A DNA stretch of 64,000 nt, taken from the IMG/VR virus record IMGVR_UViG_3300009130_000021, positions 6,796 through 70,795 of that record. One strand, 5' to 3'. The notes under the pieces are model-generated. The model ran no database searches. It saw only the letters and a program-made list of their open reading frames with translations, and was not told the DNA's origin. A program made the translations under genes and the position numbers. Shown piece after piece: positions 57,877 through 64,000 of this stretch (within the stretch, counting starts at the first letter, position 1; every line of letters begins with the position of its first letter). This stretch comes from a virus.

Positions 57877-58275
57877 ATGGAACAGGAAAAGAAACAGGAA
57901 TTTAGAGTAGCATTCATTGCTCACAACGGTAAAAAGAAGGAGATGATGAAGTTCATCATGATCCACGAAAAAACAATAAAAGAAGGTTGCGATTTATGTG
58001 TCGCAACTTCTACTACTGGAAAAGATCTAGAAGAATTAGGATTCAATGTTAAGAGATATTTAAGTGGACCTATGGGAGGAGACGCTCAAATCGCTTCTAG
58101 AGTAGCAGAAGGTAAAATAGGAATGGTTATATTCTTTAGAGACCATCATACTGCACATCCACATGATGCTGATATAGCAATGTTAGTTAGAAACTGCGAC
58201 GTTCATAACGTTCCTCTAGCTACTAATCAAGCTACAGCAGAATTCTTAATTGAAACTTTAAAGAATAGGAATTAA
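57877..58275 (+). CDS. mgsA: Methylglyoxal synthase
   Basis: IAHNGKK, ATSTTG, SGPMGGDAQI, FFRD, PHD.DI, VPLATN. Confidence 0.88.
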   Translation: MEQEKKQEFRVAFIAHNGKKKEMMKFIMIHEKTIKEGCDLCVATSTTGKDLEELGFNVKRYLSGPMGGDAQIASRVAEGKIGMVIFFRDHHTAHPHDADIAMLVRNCDVHNVPLATNQATAEFLIETLKNRN

Positions 58276-58646
58276 TCGAATAGTACAGCAAAAGGAGATC
58301 TTCTACCGTCTATGTTTATCTTAAGAGCATAGACTTTACGATCTCTTTCATCTGTTGTATAAACAGGCTCTACTTTGATTTTTCTAAGATTTGCTTCAGG
58401 TATATAAGTATATATCTGAGAGTTAGCATCGCCTGCTAAACCAAACGGATCTAATTCAAAATCGAATAAGTATTGTTCAACTTGAAGTCCAAAATCAGAT
58501 TCTCCTAGAACTTCTCCTTTCTTAGTTCCAAGAGTCATCTTGATCTTATCAATAGATGCTTCAATTTCGTCATACACTTCTAACTGATCCTCTCTGAATT
58601 TAGGATCGTCTTCATTTCTCATATAAAAATCTCTAACGTCTGGCAT
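58272..58646 (-). CDS. Baseplate wedge protein (gp25-like)
   Basis: L.T.KGE.LG..DFG....YLF. Confidence 0.8.
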   Translation of the reverse strand: MPDVRDFYMRNEDDPKFREDQLEVYDEIEASIDKIKMTLGTKKGEVLGESDFGLQVEQYLFDFELDPFGLAGDANSQIYTYIPEANLRKIKVEPVYTTDERDRKVYALKINIDGRRSPFAVLFD

Positions 58647-58666
58647 ATATACTTATTTATTTTTAT

Positions 58667-59578
58667 TTATAGTATCATAAAATCGAAGTTTAGTCCCATG
58701 TTAATACACGCTTGTCTCTTTAATATATTAATGTTAAACTCTTTGTTAAACGTATAGTCCGATTTAACTTCTACTATTCTATTTTCTGATATAATATAAA
58801 TATCAGGATAATATCTTCTAATTTTATCATTGTCTAAATATTCTATTTTTCCTATAGCTTTTTCTATATCGGAATCTTTAACAATTAAATCAGACTCATC
58901 ATATTTATCAAGTAATATATCCAATGCTTTATCTTCATATCCCTGTACTTTTACGATTTTACCCGATGGCATCTTATATTCTTTAGATGAAAATGCAGTA
59001 GACTTAGACTTACTAAATATTTCAGAGTTTTTCATATGATGAGCTTCTCCATACTTCTTAGTACACGTCTCTCTTCTTTTATTGTGTAGCTCTTTACTTC
59101 TAGACTTTAATGAAAATACTGCTTTTTCTATAAGATCTGAGGTTTGTGTATTCCACTCTACTCCTCTTTTTTCTAAATTAGTAGCTTTTACTTTTTCTCT
59201 CCAGTATTCAGTCTGAGATATGTTATCTACTCCATATTTCTCTTTTATTCCCTTCTTGCTATTTATATGTCCTATTTTATTTCTACATTCAGACTTTCCA
59301 CACGTTACTTGATAAAAATCTCCAGTTATTCTAGCGTTATATTTTTTTGCCTTTCTAGGAGATCCGCAATTAGAACAAGTTAGAACTTTACTTACATTAT
59401 TAATATAATGATACATCATTTGATTAACTGTGATTTCATCATAATAATCTAATAAGAACCTAGTTTCATTCTTTAGTTCATCTAGCATTCCCATTTTGTT
59501 ATTCTTTATACTTACGACTGCTGTACTAGGTCTTTTGGGATTAAAATTATCTTTAATGTAACTTCTTAGATTTGACAT
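58667..59578 (-). CDS. Free-standing homing endonuclease-like protein (KYGVDN repeats plus PD-(D/E)XK)
   Basis: CSNC, EKYGVDNISQ and EKRGVE repeats, YYPDIY...VEVKS. Confidence 0.75.
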   Translation of the reverse strand: MSNLRSYIKDNFNPKRPSTAVVSIKNNKMGMLDELKNETRFLLDYYDEITVNQMMYHYINNVSKVLTCSNCGSPRKAKKYNARITGDFYQVTCGKSECRNKIGHINSKKGIKEKYGVDNISQTEYWREKVKATNLEKRGVEWNTQTSDLIEKAVFSLKSRSKELHNKRRETCTKKYGEAHHMKNSEIFSKSKSTAFSSKEYKMPSGKIVKVQGYEDKALDILLDKYDESDLIVKDSDIEKAIGKIEYLDNDKIRRYYPDIYIISENRIVEVKSDYTFNKEFNINILKRQACINMGLNFDFMIL

Positions 59579-59580
59579 AT

Positions 59581-59616
59581 CTAATACTCTTTTAGTTATT
59601 TATAAAAGAATATTAG
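59581..59616 (-). promoter_or_regulatory. Translation-occluding hairpin containing a TATAAATA late promoter
   Basis: Minus strand CTAATA-T-TCTTTTA [TAAATAAC] TAAAAGA-G-TATTAG, ending 2 nt before the endonuclease ATG. Confidence 0.65.
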
Positions 59617-59636
59617 TGGAGAATACAGTTGACTGA

Positions 59637-60371
59637 TTACTGACGAGTCATAAATAGCCAATCTACAGTGTTCTCACCCTTCATCATGGTTTTAACATCT
59701 TCCAGTTCTTTGTTGGCATTATCAACCATTTGTTGATAGTTAAGAGAGACGTCCCCAGGCAACTTGTAGTTGAATGTTTGAAGCATTTGTGCTAATCTCA
59801 GTTTAGCTCTTGCCCTGACATGTCTTTGATAAAGTTCATCGACATATAATTTATCAATATCAATCTTCTTTAAGATCTTAGCAACTGCAGGAACTTTAGG
59901 AGTTCTACCAACAATTCCTAATTTATTAGTATTCTTATTGTGATCATATGCAATAGTATCTAAGATCAATCCTCTAGTTAAATCAAGGAAAGAGAAGATA
60001 GCTGTTCTGTACATAATAGATTCTCCAATAAAAGGAGTTAAGTAAACTTCTGATCCCATAAACTTTTGTTCTGAGAAATCTCGATCAATAGATGCAAAGA
60101 TGGATCCACCTTTGGCTTCTTTAAGATCAACTACTGCTTGAACACATTCAGGCAGTAATATCTCTCTAGACTTATTAAAGTTTGGATCTTTGAATAATTC
60201 AAGTGGAAGTAATAAATACTTAGACTCTACTGCATGTCTCCAGTTATCATAAAAGAATTTAGCATCAATATCTATAATCCTACCTAATTCCTTTTCAGGA
60301 AGAGAATATGGTAACATTCCAGAAAATGTTATCTCATCATTGATATCTGCTATAAGTTCTGCTTTAGTCAT
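59637..60371 (-). CDS. Neck/head-completion protein (gp13-like)
   Basis: A.AK..L....F...LPG.V.LN......A..EL motif. Confidence 0.7.
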   Translation of the reverse strand: MTKAELIADINDEITFSGMLPYSLPEKELGRIIDIDAKFFYDNWRHAVESKYLLLPLELFKDPNFNKSREILLPECVQAVVDLKEAKGGSIFASIDRDFSEQKFMGSEVYLTPFIGESIMYRTAIFSFLDLTRGLILDTIAYDHNKNTNKLGIVGRTPKVPAVAKILKKIDIDKLYVDELYQRHVRARAKLRLAQMLQTFNYKLPGDVSLNYQQMVDNANKELEDVKTMMKGENTVDWLFMTRQ

Positions 60372-60381
60372 TCTTATTTGA

Positions 60382-60840
60382 TTATTGATTTGAACCAGCT
60401 CCAGTAGATCCGCTGTCTCTACTGTAGCCTTGGTTTCCTAGATCTACTTTATGAGAATCATTTTTGTCAATGTTTTGTCTCATTGCTCTTTGATTCTTCT
60501 TATCAGCTCTTTCATCTAAGGTTCCAGCGCGTTCTAAACTCTTTTGAGTCCATTCTTGAACATTATGCGCTTTTAGTAATTTCTTCCAATCGCTGTGGAA
60601 TATTAAGTTAATTGCTCTAGTAACATCAACTTCTTGAATCTCTCCAATTTTATCAGCTGAATTATATCTATAAGGGTTTCTAGCAGCTTTCTCATTTGCA
60701 AGCTCTAGAGCTATAGCCATAATCTGACTGTGAATCGAAGAGATTGCTCCTTGTACTTTACCTTTAAAGTTAGTAGGATAAACTACCTTCTGTTCTTTTT
60801 CATTGATGTGTTCTAAATATGACTTAAAATTATCTTCCAC
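60382..60840 (-). CDS. Late protein with capsid-targeting-like N-terminus
   Basis: NFKSYLEHINE. Confidence 0.55.
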   Translation of the reverse strand: MEDNFKSYLEHINEKEQKVVYPTNFKGKVQGAISSIHSQIMAIALELANEKAARNPYRYNSADKIGEIQEVDVTRAINLIFHSDWKKLLKAHNVQEWTQKSLERAGTLDERADKKNQRAMRQNIDKNDSHKVDLGNQGYSRDSGSTGAGSNQ

Positions 60841-61073
60841 TATTTGTTTAAGTTTTCTTGTTTAGCTTTTTCAGCCGTCATTTTATCTTGTAAGATCTTA
60901 GTCTTATTGTTAAGCTCTACTTTCTTAGCTGCGATATCTTGTTCCATTTTAGCAATAACGTCTTTTAATTGAGTTATTGCATCGTTCTCAGATTTAAACT
61001 GATTAGGAACTGCAGTAGTTTGAGCCTGTTCTTCTACTTTCTTAAAAGATTTGAAATTTGAAATATATCCCAT
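60840..61073 (-). CDS. Small coiled-coil late protein
   Basis: YISNFKSFKKVEE. Confidence 0.55.
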   Translation of the reverse strand: MGYISNFKSFKKVEEQAQTTAVPNQFKSENDAITQLKDVIAKMEQDIAAKKVELNNKTKILQDKMTAEKAKQENLNK

Positions 61074-61083
61074 GTTTATCTAA

Positions 61084-61464
61084 TTAAAATTTGAAATCTA
61101 GTTCGTCTTCTTGATCTACGCTATGTCCATCTACTTGAGCTGGATCCATTGTATCTAAGAATGAAGGAATTTCTTCCATACCTTCTACTTCAACAGGTGC
61201 TTCAGCGTTTGCTGCGAAATCATCTTCTTCAGCAGAAGTTTCAGTTTCAGCTGGTAATTCTAAAGGTGCTGCATCGGCTAGAATAGTTGGAGCTACAGCT
61301 TTAATAACAGCTTCAATAATTTCATATTCAGCGTTTCCTTCAGTGTCGACTGCTCCTAATTTATCTAATAATTCTCCTATAGTGATCGATAAGATCTCAG
61401 CTGGGAAATTTTCGTCTCCGTGGTGTTCGTTAATTGGTAATCTACCTAATTTGAAATCTTCCAT
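61084..61464 (-). CDS. Acidic late protein
   Basis: ATAAATA at 61482-61488; INE near the N-terminus. Confidence 0.55.
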   Translation of the reverse strand: MEDFKLGRLPINEHHGDENFPAEILSITIGELLDKLGAVDTEGNAEYEIIEAVIKAVAPTILADAAPLELPAETETSAEEDDFAANAEAPVEVEGMEEIPSFLDTMDPAQVDGHSVDQEDELDFKF

Positions 61465-61531
61465 TGTAATTCCTTTTATTTTATTTATTCAAAAGATTAA
61501 GTATAATAGTATCGATATAGTTAGAAAGATT

Positions 61532-61975
61532 ATGAAAAATTATTTAAGATTACTGCTAGTTTTACCCTTATTATTTATAGGGATTAAATCAAACGCTCAA
61601 CTTAGGACAATTGAGACAGATTCTATCGAAGTTCATAACAGAGACGGATCTATACAACATTTTAAATGTAGCTCTAGCTTTGTGTATACTCAATATCATT
61701 GTATAATGTATTGCGAAATGCCTAGTGTCTATAGTTTCTTAAATCCAAGCACTGAATTTATGAGTCTCAATCTAATGACTTTTATGGACACTGGTTTCTC
61801 TGTTGATATGAACGATAGTATAGTTGATGTTAATCCCTCAGATAGTGTCAAATTAAATATGGGAGTAATATACGAAGTAATGGAAAGTAAAATGAGAAAC
61901 CAGATCATTCAATATTTTGATAGTACTGGTATTTACTTCATAAGAAAAGACAGAGCTAGAATAAAATTTAAGTAA
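61532..61975 (+). CDS. Secreted or membrane hypothetical protein
   Basis: Start moved to ATG 61532, giving the signal peptide MKNYLRLLLVLPLLFIGIKSNAQ. Confidence 0.6.
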   Translation: MKNYLRLLLVLPLLFIGIKSNAQLRTIETDSIEVHNRDGSIQHFKCSSSFVYTQYHCIMYCEMPSVYSFLNPSTEFMSLNLMTFMDTGFSVDMNDSIVDVNPSDSVKLNMGVIYEVMESKMRNQIIQYFDSTGIYFIRKDRARIKFK

Positions 61976-62385
61976 TGGTAATAGACAATACGCAAATAAA
62001 TTTAGGAAACTGGGTAGAGAAGGCTATTTTAGGTACTTCAATTCCAGTTAAAGTAGATATAGAACTACTAAGAATTTCCGAAACTGGATTCGATTGGAAT
62101 AGTTCAGGATATAATACTCCTGTTCTTCTATTTCCAATAATGCTTACTCGTACTATACTAATAAACGCGGGTTTTAAAAAGAACTCCGGGTCTAATGTAT
62201 TTATATTAGATGATTGGATCACGCTAACTTTAGAAGATGACAATTGGGAAGAGCCGAGTTTTGATGTATATGTTAAAGGTACTTATATAACTTGTGTTGA
62301 AAGTGTACACGAACTTCAAAACTTCTATAAAGGAATTACTATGAACGAGTTGGACATGGATTTCTTAAAAGATCATGTTATATGA
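61975..62385 (+). CDS. Hypothetical protein, paralogous to 62871-63278
   Basis: LGNWV...LT..IL...GF...VHELQNFY..IT..EL. Confidence 0.6.
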   Translation: MVIDNTQINLGNWVEKAILGTSIPVKVDIELLRISETGFDWNSSGYNTPVLLFPIMLTRTILINAGFKKNSGSNVFILDDWITLTLEDDNWEEPSFDVYVKGTYITCVESVHELQNFYKGITMNELDMDFLKDHVI

Positions 62386-62529
62386 AAACTTTCAGGAGTT
62401 TAGTAATATATCTATGGTATGATATGACGTTCAATAACGATAGAATGTCTAAGAAAATATTTGAGTCCATCGAGGTACTATTTAGCGGAATCGAGATGTA
62501 TTTACATTATACTTTAAGAGAAGATTGAC

Positions 62530-62745
62530 ATGGAAAGAAACTGTTTAAATTGCGCTCATCATGAATGGTACGGACCTGATAATTACGAGATGTCTTTATG
62601 GGTAGAAACTGAAGGATGGGTATGTACTGGACGAAAAGAAAATGTCCATAATTTAAAAAGCTTTCCATTTAAGAAAGAACAGAAATGCTTTAAATCACAT
62701 GAAGAACGAGAAACTGAACGAGACGGAAATTCGTGCGGCCTTTAA
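62530..62745 (+). CDS. Cys-rich hypothetical protein
   Basis: CLNC...C...C. Confidence 0.5.
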   Translation: MERNCLNCAHHEWYGPDNYEMSLWVETEGWVCTGRKENVHNLKSFPFKKEQKCFKSHEERETERDGNSCGL

Positions 62746-62878
62746 AGAAGGTAAGCCTTTACAATGGAAGGATCCATACGGAAAATGGCATGATTCAAAA
62801 ACTAGAGTAGAAGCTGCAGTTTATAATACTAATGGTGGATCTGCCACATATAGACTTAAACTTGATTCAAATGATTGA
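62699..62878 (+). CDS. Hypothetical 59-aa protein
   Basis: MKNEKLNETEIRAAFKEGKPLQWK...; fills the gap before the next gene. Confidence 0.45.
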   Translation: MKNEKLNETEIRAAFKEGKPLQWKDPYGKWHDSKTRVEAAVYNTNGGSATYRLKLDSND

Positions 62879-63278
62879 TCCTAAGAAACTAAGAATAGGA
62901 AACTATGTAGACTATGAGAAAACTACTCATGTTGTGACAGGAGTTCTCGATAACGGTAAAGTCTATTCAAGATGGGTTAATGGAGATAAAGTTGATATGT
63001 CATATGAATATGTCGATGACGCAAAATACTATGATCCAATAGAAGTTACTGAAACGATACTAGTTAATTTAGGAATACATGCAGGTAGAATAATTATAGA
63101 TCATATAACTGAGGATCATCTTCAGATAATGGAAAAGAGGCGCGGTAAATATAGCTATTTAATCGATGTTGATAAAGCAAAGAAAGTTCACGTTGGTCAT
63201 TTCATATATGTACATACTTTGCAGAATTTATATCATTCACTATCTGAAAAAGAATTAACTCTTAAAATAAATGAATAG
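62871..63278 (+). CDS. Hypothetical protein, paralogous to 61975-62385
   Basis: LRIGNYV...PI.VTE.IL..LG...VHTLQNLY.SL...EL; start moved to 62871. Confidence 0.6.
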   Translation: MIDPKKLRIGNYVDYEKTTHVVTGVLDNGKVYSRWVNGDKVDMSYEYVDDAKYYDPIEVTETILVNLGIHAGRIIIDHITEDHLQIMEKRRGKYSYLIDVDKAKKVHVGHFIYVHTLQNLYHSLSEKELTLKINE

Positions 63279-63663
63279 AGAAAAAGGTCATTATTGGGTA
63301 AAAACTGAAGACGGCGATTGGATTGTAGGATATTACAATGAAGTATGGTTTTTAGGCGGAAGTTGGCAATACTTTAGAGATTCTGATCTAGGTGAAATAG
63401 TAGAGAAAAGAATCCCTACTCCAGACGAAGGTCCTATTGGATTGCCTTTTAAAGTGACTGCAGAGAACGGCGGTAAATATTTATTAAACGGAGAATTTAC
63501 TGAAAATATAGAAGTGGATAATCCTGACTTTTGTGGGTGCGGAGATTGCGATTACTGCGAAATGGAACCTGAGCAAGAGGAAAGTTACATTAGAAAAGTC
63601 ACTGTCAGTTGGCCAACTATAAAAGATATTTATAATAAAATAGTAGAATATTATTCAAAGTAA
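63271..63663 (+). CDS. Hypothetical protein
   Basis: GHYWV N-terminus, Cys cluster. Confidence 0.55.
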   Translation: MNREKGHYWVKTEDGDWIVGYYNEVWFLGGSWQYFRDSDLGEIVEKRIPTPDEGPIGLPFKVTAENGGKYLLNGEFTENIEVDNPDFCGCGDCDYCEMEPEQEESYIRKVTVSWPTIKDIYNKIVEYYSK

Positions 63664-63668
63664 TTGCA

Positions 63669-63935
63669 ATGAACAGAAAAGAAACCATAGAACATATATT
63701 AGATGGATTCAGATTAATGGCTTTAACTTTAGTCATTCCAGTATCCGGATCAATTGTTTGTTTTCTAGGACTCGGTGTTCTAGGAATAGAGACTGAAATA
63801 GGATTATCAGGAGCTTTTAAAAAGCTTTGGATAGATTATTATTTTACTGGACATTTTGCAGGAATTTCAGCATGGAGATGGCATTTACTCCTATTAATAT
63901 TTGCCCAGTTTATATCGTTTAATAGAGCAACATGA
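63669..63935 (+). CDS. Small membrane protein
   Basis: Two hydrophobic segments. Confidence 0.5.
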   Translation: MNRKETIEHILDGFRLMALTLVIPVSGSIVCFLGLGVLGIETEIGLSGAFKKLWIDYYFTGHFAGISAWRWHLLLLIFAQFISFNRAT

Positions 63936-64000
63936 ATACATTTCACGGAATGGACGAACTTAGAGAAAAGTTCGAAGACATATGTTCAAGCCTAGGAGAT

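Noticed and set aside
1-64000. Alternative genetic code (TAG or TGA recoding) as in some jumbo phages
   Set aside because: Core genes are full length in the standard code, and TAG and TGA both serve as real stops.
1-64000. tRNA or rRNA genes
   Set aside because: No cloverleaf with a T-loop GTTC motif was seen in the short intergenic spaces; not verified with tRNAscan.

Overview
A 64-kb, AT-rich, densely coding segment of a large (jumbo-type) T4-like myophage genome that reads in the standard genetic code. Replication, recombination and nucleotide genes are mostly on + (gp56-like dCTPase, split family B DNA polymerase, UvsX, gp41, gp47/46, gp42-like dCMP-modifying enzyme, dCMP deaminase, DinG, topoisomerase II, UvsY, UvsW, primase). 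They are interleaved with virion genes mostly on - (sheath, tube, major capsid, protease-scaffold, baseplate, neck), while portal, gp4 and gp2 are on +. Main observations: (1) the topoisomerase II GyrA/gp52-like subunit is fractured by a naturally split intein at HHGD/S around a free-standing Vsr-like endonuclease; (2) the two DNA polymerase halves lie about 48 kb apart; (3) a T4 capsid-targeting-like motif occurs on about 13 late proteins, including HREDGPA-repeat proteins that carry it C-terminally behind a putative LFE cleavage site; (4) a candidate 160-nt structured ncRNA; (5) hairpin/late-promoter switches at homing endonuclease starts; (6) a probable cytosine-modification pathway; (7) unusual accessory genes (MgsA, stand-alone PAS, secreted nuclease). 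All calls come from reading motifs by eye; no database search or folding program was run.
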